DNA of 64,000 nt from a virus: IMG/VR virus record IMGVR_UViG_3300025810_000004, positions 32,001 to 96,000 of that record; one strand, written 5' to 3'. Shown here piece after piece: positions 1 to 9,609 of this stretch (its first letter is position 1; each line of letters opens with the position of its first letter). The position numbers and the translations under genes are program-made. The notes beneath the pieces are model-generated. The model was not told where the DNA came from, did no database searches, and saw only the letters and a list, made by a program, of their open reading frames with translations.

Positions 1-7
1 AAACGAG

Positions 8-553
8 GTGGAGAAGCTGATCCAGATAAGCGAGAAGGCCCACTGGAAGATGCTGGAGGAGAAGTCCAACGAGGAGAGGTCCCTGCTCCCAGCAAAAGAG
101 GTCGCCTCTCCCACGGGGATAGAAGGGTATGAGGCAGGAAAACTGCCAATTCTGCGGAAGACCAAAGACGTGAAGGTGTCGGAACTTGTGGGGCTGGATG
201 AAGAGGCCAGGTCAGCCTACACGTTCACTGCCTTGGCAACCACCCAAGGCAGAGTATCGGGCTCCCACGCCCTAAAAAAGAACCTTGAGGAACATCTGAG
301 GAAAAGAGGCTTCGAGGTATCTGAGTCCACCCTTCCAGAGGTCGCGGTTATAGACTGGAGCACCCAGTGCTTTGGGAAGGAATCGGTGGCACCGAATTGG
401 GATCCAGTGGCCAACGCGTTCTCGAAAATGTGTGCGGAGTTGGAAAAGGTCTGTAAGAAAGAAGTTCCCACCTCTGTGGAAGTTGTCCCAATAAGCGGGA
501 TTGCAGACAGAGTATTCGGTTGGAAACTCGTAGTGGGAGCCGAGGAATGTTGA
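8..553 (+). CDS. hypothetical phage protein
   Basis: 181-aa ORF, GAGG before GTG; no recognised motif. Confidence 0.5.
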   Translation: MEKLIQISEKAHWKMLEEKSNEERSLLPAKEVASPTGIEGYEAGKLPILRKTKDVKVSELVGLDEEARSAYTFTALATTQGRVSGSHALKKNLEEHLRKRGFEVSESTLPEVAVIDWSTQCFGKESVAPNWDPVANAFSKMCAELEKVCKKEVPTSVEVVPISGIADRVFGWKLVVGAEEC

Positions 554-555
554 CC

Positions 556-858
556 ATGACCTATGAAAATATCCGCAACAAGTTTCAGAATTCAGAAACC
601 GACGTCGTGATTGTCGCACCCGATGCCAAGGTGCAAGAAGTCGCACTTGGTCTTTCCACCCTGTTCGAACCGGGAAGCTATTCTGCCTCCCGCAGGGAGT
701 GGACGAACCACCGCAACGCCAAGGTGAAGGTGCGGGGTATCTGCAACCCCGAAGACCTCAGCCCGGATACAGAGGTCATCTTCTTCCCTGTGACCCGGCC
801 CTACACCGACACGGAGCGGAGGTTCATCAAGTCCTGGAGGATCACTCCCACTCGATAG
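556..858 (+). CDS. hypothetical protein
   Basis: ORF 520..858; likely ATG at 556 after GAGGA; convergent with guaA. Confidence 0.5.
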   Translation: MTYENIRNKFQNSETDVVIVAPDAKVQEVALGLSTLFEPGSYSASRREWTNHRNAKVKVRGICNPEDLSPDTEVIFFPVTRPYTDTERRFIKSWRITPTR

Positions 859-2356
859 TGCCGGGGGGCTTGGTGCTTATATCGTAGGTCACCCTGTTTA
901 TGCCCCGCACTTCGTTGATGATGCGGGTAGAAATCCGGGTGAGCACCGACCAAGGTATCTCCGCCACGTCAGCCGTCATGCCATCAGTTGAGTGGACCGC
1001 ACGTATGACGCACGTCTTCTCATACGTCCGCTGGTCCCCCATCACCCCCACGCTCTTCACTGGAAGCAAGACTGCGAGGCTCTGCCACAGACGTTCGTAC
1101 CAACCGGACTGTCTGATTTCGTAGTCCAATATAGCTTCGGCTTCCTGCAGAACGGCGACAGCCTCAGCCGTCACCTCACCGGGGATGCGGATAGACAGTC
1201 CGGGACCTGGGAAGGGATGCCTGTTCACACGCTTGTCGCTCAGGCCCAGTTCCTTGCCCAGCAGTCTGACCTCGTCCTTGAAAAGCTCCCTGAGGGGCTC
1301 TATGAGTTCGAATTCAAGGTCTTCCGGCAAACCCCCCACATTGTGGTGGGACTTGATGGTAGCGGAGGGACCACGGAAGGAAACCGACTCGATAACGTCC
1401 GGATAGAGAGTTCCCTGTGCAAGGAACTTCGCGCCCTGAACAGACCTGGCATAATCGCTGAAGACGTCCACGAACGTCTTCCCCACCGCTTTGCGCTTCT
1501 GCTCGGGGTCGGTGAGACCCGACAAAGCAGAATAGAACTTGTCCTTGGCGTCGACCACAGTGAGGTTGAGTTCAGAGAATTCTCGCTCGACCTCCTCCCT
1601 CTCGCCCTTCCTCAGGAGCCCGTTGTCGACAAACACACAGTGCAACCTGTCGCCTATGACCCCGTGGAGGAGAGAAGCGACAACAGAAGAGTCAACCCCG
1701 CCAGACAGACCGCATATGACCTTGTCTTCAGGGGAAACCTGAGACTCTATCTGGGCATGGGCTATGTCTATGTATGATCCCACGCTCCAGTCTTGTGCTA
1801 TGTCGCACTGGTCGACCCACTCTCTTATCAAGGTCGCACCATCTTGGGAGTGGGACACTTCCGGGTGAAATTGGAACCCGGTGAAACCAAGCTCTTCACT
1901 GCGTATCCCGGCGAACTGGCAGTCCACGGTGCTGTAGACGGTTTCCCAGTCTCCCATAGGGAGAGACATAACCTTGTCCCCGTGGGACATCCAGACTTTG
2001 GACCTGACACGGGGGTTCCCACCGGGTTCGCTGATGTAGGCGGGTCCATACTCTCTGGATTTGGTGGATACTACCTCACCACCCAGGTGGTGGACAACCA
2101 CTTGCATCCCATAACATATACCAAGGACCGGAACCCCCATTTCCAACCATTCGCGGTCAAATGGGGGAGCGCCCTCCTCGTACACGGAGGAGGGCCCACC
2201 GGATAACACCACCCCCCTGACGTTCCAGGGGTCGGTTATGCCGAAGGGGTGGTCGGTGCAGGGTCGGATAGAGCAGAAAACACCCAATTCCCGAATCCTA
2301 CGGGCTATGAGTTGGGTGTACTGACTGCCGAAATCTACTATTACGATCCGCTTCAT
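842..2356 (-). CDS. guaA: GMP synthase (glutamine-hydrolysing)
   Basis: DFGSQYTQLIARR, GICYGMQ nucleophile, QFHPE, SGGVDS PP-loop, IKSHHNV, C-terminal KPPGTIEWE; SD AGGAGG. Confidence 0.97.
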   Translation of the reverse strand: MKRIVIVDFGSQYTQLIARRIRELGVFCSIRPCTDHPFGITDPWNVRGVVLSGGPSSVYEEGAPPFDREWLEMGVPVLGICYGMQVVVHHLGGEVVSTKSREYGPAYISEPGGNPRVRSKVWMSHGDKVMSLPMGDWETVYSTVDCQFAGIRSEELGFTGFQFHPEVSHSQDGATLIREWVDQCDIAQDWSVGSYIDIAHAQIESQVSPEDKVICGLSGGVDSSVVASLLHGVIGDRLHCVFVDNGLLRKGEREEVEREFSELNLTVVDAKDKFYSALSGLTDPEQKRKAVGKTFVDVFSDYARSVQGAKFLAQGTLYPDVIESVSFRGPSATIKSHHNVGGLPEDLEFELIEPLRELFKDEVRLLGKELGLSDKRVNRHPFPGPGLSIRIPGEVTAEAVAVLQEAEAILDYEIRQSGWYERLWQSLAVLLPVKSVGVMGDQRTYEKTCVIRAVHSTDGMTADVAEIPWSVLTRISTRIINEVRGINRVTYDISTKPPGTIEWE

Positions 2357-2409
2357 GGCGTTGTCCTCCTGGTGTAGAGGACAGTACCCGCCGAGATACT
2401 TTTAGCTAA

Positions 2410-4344
2410 TTAGCTGTTATTCTTCAGAAGCCTAAGACGCTCTCGGTTGTCAAGCTCCATGAAGTGCTCAAGGGCGGGGTCGTCAGACTCGAACCCCGCA
2501 TCTTCAGCGGCCCTCCAGATGGCACCATCATCCTGGGCCAGGTACTTCAGACCCTTAATTCCGGGCTCGGGGCCGTCCCCGTCGTAGGAGTATCCGACAA
2601 TCTCGCCCGCCAGGATGTCCAGGTCTCTGCGGTCGAACGACAGGAAAATCCTGGAAGCGGACTTTCCTCGTGCGTGCTGAATGTTCTCTGCGCGTACAAC
2701 AGATTCCACCCCGCCGTTGCTCCACCGCACGGTCGGGTGACCCTTGAAGAAACCAGTCTCCGCAACGTCAACCACCTTGCCGTCAATAGGAGCACCAACC
2801 TGCATTCCCGTGTTCCGCAGGAACTTTCCAGTGTGTCGAACGATGTCCCCCACCTTGAAGTCTCCAGCCTTACCCCCAACCTTACCCAGTTGACTCACTA
2901 TGGACTTCTTCATGGCCTTTCTGATCGTATCCTGAATGCGGGTCAGGTCCTTGGTGGTAGGGTTGCCGCTTATTGCTCCCCCGATCATAGTTCCATACTT
3001 AAAGAGTACGGATTCAATGGCTCTGTCTATAGCCCTGTCTTCCCTCATATCGCTGCCGCTGCCGCGCTTCTTCCACCTCCGGGTGGACTGCTCCTCGCGG
3101 AAGTCCTGCAACACCTGAGTTCGGAGGCTCTTGACGCGTTCCTTGATGTCTTCCTCTCTGGTATGCTTGTAGAGAAGGTCTATCTTTGCCTTCTCCTCTT
3201 CGTCCTTCAGCTCTTGCTGGACACTTGCAAACACCTCGTCGAAAGACTGAATCAGAGCCTTCTTGGCCCCCTTCCAAGCCTTGGCCACGCGGGGAGCAGA
3301 GGGGACGTTGCCGCTTTCTCCCACGATGCCGTTCTCTTCCATATACTCGCGCACGTTTTTGACCCTGAGGCCAACGTCAGCACTGGACCCACCCCTGAAG
3401 ATGAAGGGGTCCCTTCCCTCTTCCTTCATCTTCATGGCAACCTCCACAACCTTCAGCTGGAAGGAATTGTTGCGGAGGTTCCAAAGCCAGTTGGGAACGG
3501 TCCGGTTGAACCACCCATCGAACTCAAGGAGATCTTCTGGTTCGAGGGGATCGGCGTCCTCAAAGATCTCGGCTATAACCTCAGGCCCAAGGAACTGAGC
3601 CTTGTAACCCTGGTCTATAGACTTCACCCACTTCCTGGCTATATTCTGGGCGGATTTACCGAGCTGTGAAACCAGCTTCTTGAGACCGGGCCGAGCCGGA
3701 GCGAGCTTCGTTATGATGCTCTCACCAACGGGGTAGAGAGGAGGACGGTCCTTGAACTTCTTCTGGGTGTTGTCCCAGATGTCTCCGGGAAGGGGAAGGC
3801 CACCCATGACCATGACGGCAGCTATGTCGTCAGGGGAAGCACCGCGTATGCCGGGAACGTGGTCGGCGTAGTGGGGCTTCCAGGAGTTGGCAAGCCCAGC
3901 AGACGCGCCGCCGTACAGGGCGTTGTACAATCCGGTTTCGTTCGGCATGAAGAAGGTGCCGATGAAGTCAAGGGCGTTGCCCTTCCGCATCTTGGACCAG
4001 AGTTCGGGGGCAGGATAACCCAACTCAGCCTCAGCGGCAGTTATGGCCTTCTTGTCCACCTTCTTGGGGTCGCCCCCCGCCAGTCGCATGACCACCTGGT
4101 TGAACTCCTTGGTCCTGTTTGCCTCGTCGGAGAGGGAGGCACCACTCAGGAACTGCCGCCTGAAGGACAGGGGGTTTTCGCCGAGTATGGCAGCAAGGTA
4201 ATCGCTTCTCATGAGGCGGTCCATGCTGGCAGCAGTTGCCTTCTTCAGGATAGAGGCCACCAACACTCTGGCGTTCTTCCTCAGGGAGACGTCGAGGAAT
4301 GGGGTGTTTGCGATTCTAACCAAAGGCGACAGGGTTGCGTACAT
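2410..4344 (-). CDS. modular hypothetical protein, possibly virion-associated; C-terminal SH3/KOW-like module
   Basis: 644 aa; N-terminus LVRIA..ILKKATA resembles the LIRLA leader; FKVGDIV..GKVVDV..TVRW module; CGGTCA-N6-TAT motif upstream. Confidence 0.55.
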   Translation of the reverse strand: MYATLSPLVRIANTPFLDVSLRKNARVLVASILKKATAASMDRLMRSDYLAAILGENPLSFRRQFLSGASLSDEANRTKEFNQVVMRLAGGDPKKVDKKAITAAEAELGYPAPELWSKMRKGNALDFIGTFFMPNETGLYNALYGGASAGLANSWKPHYADHVPGIRGASPDDIAAVMVMGGLPLPGDIWDNTQKKFKDRPPLYPVGESIITKLAPARPGLKKLVSQLGKSAQNIARKWVKSIDQGYKAQFLGPEVIAEIFEDADPLEPEDLLEFDGWFNRTVPNWLWNLRNNSFQLKVVEVAMKMKEEGRDPFIFRGGSSADVGLRVKNVREYMEENGIVGESGNVPSAPRVAKAWKGAKKALIQSFDEVFASVQQELKDEEEKAKIDLLYKHTREEDIKERVKSLRTQVLQDFREEQSTRRWKKRGSGSDMREDRAIDRAIESVLFKYGTMIGGAISGNPTTKDLTRIQDTIRKAMKKSIVSQLGKVGGKAGDFKVGDIVRHTGKFLRNTGMQVGAPIDGKVVDVAETGFFKGHPTVRWSNGGVESVVRAENIQHARGKSASRIFLSFDRRDLDILAGEIVGYSYDGDGPEPGIKGLKYLAQDDGAIWRAAEDAGFESDDPALEHFMELDNRERLRLLKNNS

Positions 4345-4383
4345 GTTGGATCCTCATAGCCGATTCTTATTACGATGAAGTAT

Positions 4384-4398
4384 ATAAAAGAATGACCG
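4384..4398 (-). promoter_or_regulatory. putative phage late promoter motif CGGTCA-N6-TAT
   Basis: matches recurring motif; ~40 nt upstream of the 4344 start. Confidence 0.5.
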
Positions 4399-4424
4399 AA
4401 TTGAGTTTGATGCCCCTCTGGGGG

Positions 4425-4453
4425 TTGACAGGGGTATGGGAACGTGTTAGAGT
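4425..4453 (+). promoter_or_regulatory. sigma70-type promoter
   Basis: TTGACA (4425-4430), 17-nt spacer, TG-n-TAGAGT (4448-4453). Confidence 0.75.
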
Positions 4454-4518
4454 TATTTCAGCTACCCGACCCAAAAACCTGTCTCCGTAGCTGCAACCCA
4501 AAATCCCCAGATTCCCGC

Positions 4519-5667
4519 ATGGGAACAAGGCTTGAAGTGAAAAAGTACACCCGGCTGATATCTGTCATAGAGTTCGTATTCTCCGCAAACCCCTCGGTCG
4601 AGGCCCAGTCCGCCCTTCTCTTGCGAGAGGCACTGAAGCAGCTTCCCGAATCCCACAACGTGCGCCGTCCGTCCTTCCGCCGTGACGTGGTCATGGCCCA
4701 CGGATACAAGAGCCAGACTGATCTCGCAAAGGACATCTTCGCGTTCTGGCAGGGCGACAACACGAGTCTGGTCGAGAAGATGCCCCAGAAGCATCGGGCC
4801 AGAGTCGAACACCTCCGGTCGAAGATGCGGAAGCCCAAGGTCAGGAGCTTCCGCGACTGGTTCAACTCCCAGAACCAGACGAAGCTCCTCAACAACATGG
4901 CGAGTGCACTGCAGCGCAGGTACCCCATGGAAGAATTCGACGACTGCCTCAGCATGGTGGGTATGTGCGTGAGTCGGTGGCTTGAAGAGGGCAACCTTGA
5001 CGAGAAGATCGAAGAGCGCGGCGACATGTCCGTGACCCTCCTGAACAGCTGGGTGCGTCGCCGCCACCTCAACACCGTCAACGGCAGGGGGAAAGAGCCT
5101 CTGTTCCGGATGCGGGGAGCCCGTACCAAGGAAGAGAAGACCTCCATCTGGCGGGATGGTAACGAATCCGGAATGCACCCGGATTCGGTTCAAGCCTCCG
5201 AGTGGGAAACCGCCATCGCCGGGTGTGAAGACGACGCCATCTTCGAATTCGAAGTCGTGAGCAACAACGACTCCCCAGAGCAGGAAGTCTCCTTCACCTC
5301 CGAGCTTCGCATCCTCAAGAACGCGAACGCGGAAGCGGTCGAAGCGGCTTGGCCGGATGCCTCCGACCGATATCTCTCCGTCCTCAACACCCTGGAAGAC
5401 GGTGGGGATAGGGTGGACATCGCCAGTTCGGAAAGATGCTCGGTGGCTCGTGCGGGCCACCTCGCCTGCAGGGTTCGGGGTGTTCTGCGGAAGACCAGTG
5501 AACTGGCCCCCTCCGTCATCGAAGCGATCCGTCAGGAGCCGTGGATCACCACGGAAGAACTGGCCGAAGACCTCGAACTGGAAGAGAAGCAGGTGCGCCA
5601 CACGGTGGCATACCTTCGGAGCCTCAAGCAGGTCGTGAGTCAGGGAGACAGCCACCGGGTGCGGTGA
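4519..5667 (+). CDS. putative sigma-factor-like / HTH transcription regulator
   Basis: ORF 4444..5667, start uncertain; two C-terminal HTH-like segments (DRVDIASSERCSVARA; ITTEELAEDLELEEKQVR); behind a host-type promoter. Confidence 0.45.
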   Translation: MGTRLEVKKYTRLISVIEFVFSANPSVEAQSALLLREALKQLPESHNVRRPSFRRDVVMAHGYKSQTDLAKDIFAFWQGDNTSLVEKMPQKHRARVEHLRSKMRKPKVRSFRDWFNSQNQTKLLNNMASALQRRYPMEEFDDCLSMVGMCVSRWLEEGNLDEKIEERGDMSVTLLNSWVRRRHLNTVNGRGKEPLFRMRGARTKEEKTSIWRDGNESGMHPDSVQASEWETAIAGCEDDAIFEFEVVSNNDSPEQEVSFTSELRILKNANAEAVEAAWPDASDRYLSVLNTLEDGGDRVDIASSERCSVARAGHLACRVRGVLRKTSELAPSVIEAIRQEPWITTEELAEDLELEEKQVRHTVAYLRSLKQVVSQGDSHRVR

Positions 5668-5707
5668 GAAGACTATGGGCAGGGTGGTGGAGCAAGGAGA
5701 CTCCCCC

Positions 5708-6102
5708 ATGAGAATCGCAATCCCCGCCATAGCACTGTTCCTCGTAGGATGCCCAGGACCGAAGCCTCCCCCCACACCCACGGTGTGTGAGGCCAGCGCA
5801 GACTGGATAGATTCCCCCTCCCAGCCGGGTGAGGTCCCGGAGACGGAGACCTTCTGCGGTTTCTATCAGTTCAGCTGGCAGTGGTTCCTTGCTCAGGTTT
5901 CGCCCGACCCGGCAAACGGGTTGCCACGGTTCCTCGAAAACCGGGTGTATCAGCCCTCAGGTGGAACGGGCCAGTGCAATTCCCAGCCTTATACCGGGAT
6001 TCTTGGGGTGCAGAGTGCACTTGCGCCACGCACAATCAAGTCGCAGGACTTCGAAGAAGTGCAGGCCGACACGAATGCACTGTACGACCAGAGAGTTGGA
6101 AG
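5708..6102 (+). pseudogene. 5' fragment of a lipoprotein / haem-c family gene, interrupted by the IS element
   Basis: SD AAGGAG, lipobox LVG-C, FYQFSWQWFL; frame runs into element left end after ALYDQR. Confidence 0.7.
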
Positions 6103-6152
6103 CTGTTCGCTGAAACCTGGGTGAACTTGGGCAACATCGGGCGAACCTGCCT

Positions 6153-6167
6153 CGGTAGATAGCCTAT
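6153..6167 (+). promoter_or_regulatory. CGGTAG-N6-TAT promoter-like motif inside the IS element
   Basis: cggtag atagcc tat, 33 nt upstream of the RHH ATG. Confidence 0.5.
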
Positions 6168-6199
6168 AAGACGCCGTAGAGTAGTAGGAGTACCGGCGC

Positions 6200-6349
6200 A
6201 TGGCCCGACGAGAAGAAATCCGACTCACGGTTGATCCTGATATGCTCGTCTGGCTGAGGGCTGAAGCCAAACGCCGTCGGGTCTCTATGTCCCACATCGT
6301 GCGGGACCTTATCCTTCAGGCCATGCCCGAAGAGGCCAAGACCCAGTGA
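6200..6349 (+). CDS. ribbon-helix-helix (CopG-like) protein, 49 aa, not in ORF track
   Basis: MARREEIRLTVDPDMLVWLRAEAKRRRVSMSHIVRDLILQAMPEEAKTQ; SD AGGAG; GTGA overlap with tnpB. Confidence 0.75.
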   Translation: MARREEIRLTVDPDMLVWLRAEAKRRRVSMSHIVRDLILQAMPEEAKTQ

Positions 6350-7638
6350 GGCTGGCCTACCGAGTGGAGATCAGGCCGACGCCTCGCCAGAGGCAGGCCC
6401 TCCTGCAACATGCAGGCAACGCTCGGTGGGCTTACAACTGGGGCCTCTCCCGCCACAAAGAAACCTACGACCAGTGGGTTGAAATCGGCAAGCCAAAGAA
6501 GTGGAAAGGCTGGCTCAACGCCGTCTCCCTTCACCGGGAGTTGAATCTTCTGAAGAAGGCTGCCCCAGAGGACGGCGGGGTCCCCTGGATGTACGAGGCC
6601 AGTAAAGCCGCTCCACAAGAGAGTCTGAGAGACCTTGACCGTGCGTTCAAGAACTTCCTCTCAGGGAGGGCCAAGTACCCCCGGTTCAAGTCCCGGAGCC
6701 GTGGGGTCGGCGGGTTCCGCCTGACCGGCACCATCAAGGTCGATCACCGGACGGTCCAACTCCCGAGGATCGGAAGGCTCCGGTTTCAGCCCGGCGAACA
6801 GGGCTACCTGCCCTGGGGTAAGCACACCCAGGTCTCCGTCTCTGAGAAGGCTGGCAGGTGGTTCGTCTCGATCGTTGGACCAGAGGTCTCGGAAGCAGAG
6901 CCGAACGGGAAAGATGCTGTAGGTCTGGATCTCGGCGTGACCCGGTTGGCTACGCTGTCGGACGGGACGGTCATCGAGAACCCTCGCGCTTTGAAGTCAG
7001 CCCAGCGGAAGATCAAGCGACTCCAGCAGGAGGTATCCAGAAAGAAGAAAGGCTCAGCGAACCGAGGCAAGGCCAGGGCGAAGCTCGCCCGTGCCCACGT
7101 CCGGGTCGCTAATGTAAGACGTGACACGCTTCACAAGGCCACGACCATGCTTGCCAAGAGCCACGGCAAGGTGATCATCGAGGACTTGAAGGTGCGGAAC
7201 ATGACTCGCTCGGGAGGCTCGCAGAAGCGGGGCCTCAACCGGGCCCTGCTCGATGCCGCCTTCGGGGAGTTCTGTCGCCTGTTGAAGTACAAGGGGAAGC
7301 TGTACGGCTGTGAAGTCGTGGCTGTCCCGCCGCAGTACACCTCGCAGCGATGTTCCGTTTGCGGTCACGTCGAGAAGGACAACCGGGTTTCTCAGTCGAG
7401 GTTCCTGTGTCTGTCCTGCGGCTTTGCGGTCAATGCTGATCTCAACGCCGCGATCAACATCTTGGAGGCCGCCAGTTCTACGGACTCCCTAAACGCCTGT
7501 GGAGAGGGCGTAAGACCTACTTCGACTTGTTCGGAGAGGCAGACCTCGTTGAAGCAGGAACCCGGCACCAACCTTCGGGTTGGGTCAGTCCGGGGGCCGT
7601 CCTCGCAAGAGGCGGCAGCCATGCCTGGGTTTACCTAA
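6346..7638 (+). CDS. tnpB: RNA-guided endonuclease TnpB
   Basis: N-terminal AYRVEIRPT..ARWAYNWGL; RuvC triad GLDLG / IEDL / NADLNAAINI intact; CSVC..CLSC zinc ribbon. Confidence 0.95.
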   Translation: MRLAYRVEIRPTPRQRQALLQHAGNARWAYNWGLSRHKETYDQWVEIGKPKKWKGWLNAVSLHRELNLLKKAAPEDGGVPWMYEASKAAPQESLRDLDRAFKNFLSGRAKYPRFKSRSRGVGGFRLTGTIKVDHRTVQLPRIGRLRFQPGEQGYLPWGKHTQVSVSEKAGRWFVSIVGPEVSEAEPNGKDAVGLDLGVTRLATLSDGTVIENPRALKSAQRKIKRLQQEVSRKKKGSANRGKARAKLARAHVRVANVRRDTLHKATTMLAKSHGKVIIEDLKVRNMTRSGGSQKRGLNRALLDAAFGEFCRLLKYKGKLYGCEVVAVPPQYTSQRCSVCGHVEKDNRVSQSRFLCLSCGFAVNADLNAAINILEAASSTDSLNACGEGVRPTSTCSERQTSLKQEPGTNLRVGSVRGPSSQEAAAMPGFT

Positions 7639-7652
7639 GTTTGGCTGAACGG

Positions 7653-7795
7653 CGTTTCTCTTGTGCTCCCAAGACGCCCACACCATTTCAGGGTGGTTGG
7701 GGGTCCAGATAGCCAGGTGAAGTCCCACGAGCCCAAGGTGGAGCTTCTCGCCCCCGTCCTCTTCGTCCACTGCTATGACGAAGAATTCACTGGCA
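7653..7795 (-). pseudogene. inverted middle fragment of the haem-c lipoprotein gene
   Basis: minus strand reads SEFFVIAV..LGLVGLHLAIWTPNHPEMVWASWEHKRNA and ends at the IS right end. Confidence 0.6.
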
Positions 7796-8313
7796 GCGGA
7801 CCGCCTTCCGAGGCTTGTTCTTCGTTTTCGTTCAACACCCCGGATTCGCTGCCGTCTGGGGCCGTTCCGGCCAAGGGAGAGCCAAACAACGTGTGTCGAG
7901 AGTATGCGCACGGCAACCAGCCGGGTGAGTCCATCAACGGGAACGACAACGCGGCAAACTTGGCAGCTATAGAGGAACTCAACAACGGGCTGGTGGGAGC
8001 AACGGGTCTCCTGACCATGCTCCCCGGCGAGAACCCTATGTCCGTGTGGGCAAACTACGAGATGGTGGGTGCCATCTGGACAAAGGACGGTGCCGCATCC
8101 GGAACGGCTCCGGTACCAAACACCCAGGGACCACCAAACGCAGACAGCCCACAGCGCGGGTCACTTGAACTGGCAAATATGTCCCTGGAGACGTTCCAGC
8201 AGGGCGACACGAGCGCGATCCCCAACTGCTTCGGGTGTCACGTTTACGACTCCTCGAAGCCGTTGGACGTGTCGCACATTCAGTCCCATCTTCTGGTGGA
8301 TGGGATTGACTGA
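7796..8313 (+). pseudogene. 3' fragment of haem-c lipoprotein gene
   Basis: NYEMVGAIW, LANMSLETFQQ, haem-binding CFGCH, terminal SH; no proper start. Confidence 0.7.
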
Positions 8314-8465
8314 AGCTCAACAGCGTGGTAAAAATACCGCAGGAAGCTATACGCTCTCAGGTTTGTAGGGTGGCGGGTCCCAAGCCCATATGCCAGCAAA
8401 GCCCCTATGAGTGCTGAGATCAGAGAAATCTGAACGGCAAGGAACACCGTCGCTTCCAACCACAC
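8280..8465 (-). CDS. small membrane protein
   Basis: 61 aa with a hydrophobic N-terminal helix. Confidence 0.3.
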   Translation of the reverse strand: MWLEATVFLAVQISLISALIGALLAYGLGTRHPTNLRAYSFLRYFYHAVELQSIPSTRRWD

Positions 8466-8490
8466 AGGGTGCTGGTAACACCCTGTGTGG
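8460..8490. other. 12-bp inverted repeat
   Basis: ccacacagggtg-ctggtaa-caccctgtgtgg at the edge of the A/C-rich region. Confidence 0.6.
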
Positions 8491-8980
8491 GAAGAAACCC
8501 AATCGAAGAAGGCAGGAACTTATAAGGATTGACCTAAATCTCCAAAAGAGACATGGTCCTTGGGAATAATCGTCACAGATGATCGATTCCCTTCAAACTA
8601 CGGGAATCCCCGACCCTCCAATTCCACACTTGGGAAAAGTAGAATTGGATCTTGAAAAAGAAAAGGGAAGGGGGAAACAGTTTAGTTTGAACCGAGCAAA
8701 AAAAACAAACACAACCACCCAGCTGAGCACGACGAACACTCTCACCTCCACTCCCACGGACACAGACACTCCCATCACTCCCACCCCCACTCCTACGAAC
8801 ACCAACACGTTTACCTTGAACGCCGACACCAAGTAAACAATAAAAGTTCAGAAACCCAAAGACAGTAGAAAAATGGTCGAGAATTTGCTTCTTCCCTTGT
8901 TTGGGAGGGGAAGATTGGACACGTGTATACGCGTTGGGTGTTGAATAAGTCACTCTTTGTGCAGATAGAAACAAAGAGGG

Positions 8981-9436
8981 TTGCTTTCAATGTCCAGATT
9001 CGACTATAGAGGTGGGGAAGCTCCCATACTGACTGCAGAACAGCTTGTCAGTCAACTCACTGTTCCTGTTTCTCTTCTGATTGCTGGGAAGGCAAACGTC
9101 TTCTTTCCCACCACGAATAGAAGCAAACCCTCTGTGTCTGTTGTCGTCAGATACGGTGGTGTGGAAGTTGTGAAGGTTCACTGGACTCAGTGGGGATCTG
9201 TTGTCGTCCCCGTGGTTGAAGACGATAGGTTGTCACACTGGCGTGGATTGCTTGTTCCGGGTGTTCCGGGTGTTCCGGGTGACTTTGAAACTCAAACTTC
9301 GAAGTTGAGGTCAGGGAAACTGTACAGTTGTGACTGGACCGAGTTGGTGAGACAGAATCCGTCCAGCAGATACAGTCAGTATCTGACACAGATCAGCGGT
9401 ATTATCCTGCAGAAAGCTCAATCTGCGGGATTCTGA
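8981..9436 (+). CDS. hypothetical protein with VPG x3 repeat
   Basis: 151-aa ORF heading the replication operon; gttccgggt x3. Confidence 0.5.
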   Translation: MLSMSRFDYRGGEAPILTAEQLVSQLTVPVSLLIAGKANVFFPTTNRSKPSVSVVVRYGGVEVVKVHWTQWGSVVVPVVEDDRLSHWRGLLVPGVPGVPGDFETQTSKLRSGKLYSCDWTELVRQNPSSRYSQYLTQISGIILQKAQSAGF

Positions 9437-9609
9437 TGAAGAACAACAAAGCCCTTGTGGGCAAAGAAGTGTGGGTCACCTGCAGGGCTGCTAGACCCTG
9501 TGAGGGTAATTCCGCAACCATACTGTTTGTAAAGAACATGAGTGGTGGTGGCAGGATTGTCAGGTACCAGTGCAAGAAGTGTAAACGGAAGTTCAACGTG
9601 AGAGTGTGA
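9436..9609 (+). CDS. small zinc-ribbon protein, 57 aa, not in ORF track
   Basis: MKNNKALVGKEVWVTCRAARPC..YQCKKCKRKFNVRV; overlaps both neighbours at stop/start. Confidence 0.6.
   Translation: MKNNKALVGKEVWVTCRAARPCEGNSATILFVKNMSGGGRIVRYQCKKCKRKFNVRV

Larger units (their letters stand above)
6103..7652 (+). mobile_element. non-autonomous IS607-like element (RHH gene + tnpB, no transposase)
   Basis: imperfect inverted ends ctgttcgctgaaacctgggtgaac / gtttacctaagtttggctgaacgg (17/24); 10-nt periodic repeats at left end; right end finishes in GG. Confidence 0.75.

Noticed and set aside
8579-8836. Thr/Pro-rich ORF as a gene
   Set aside because: Low-complexity with atypical composition; may be an incidental frame.
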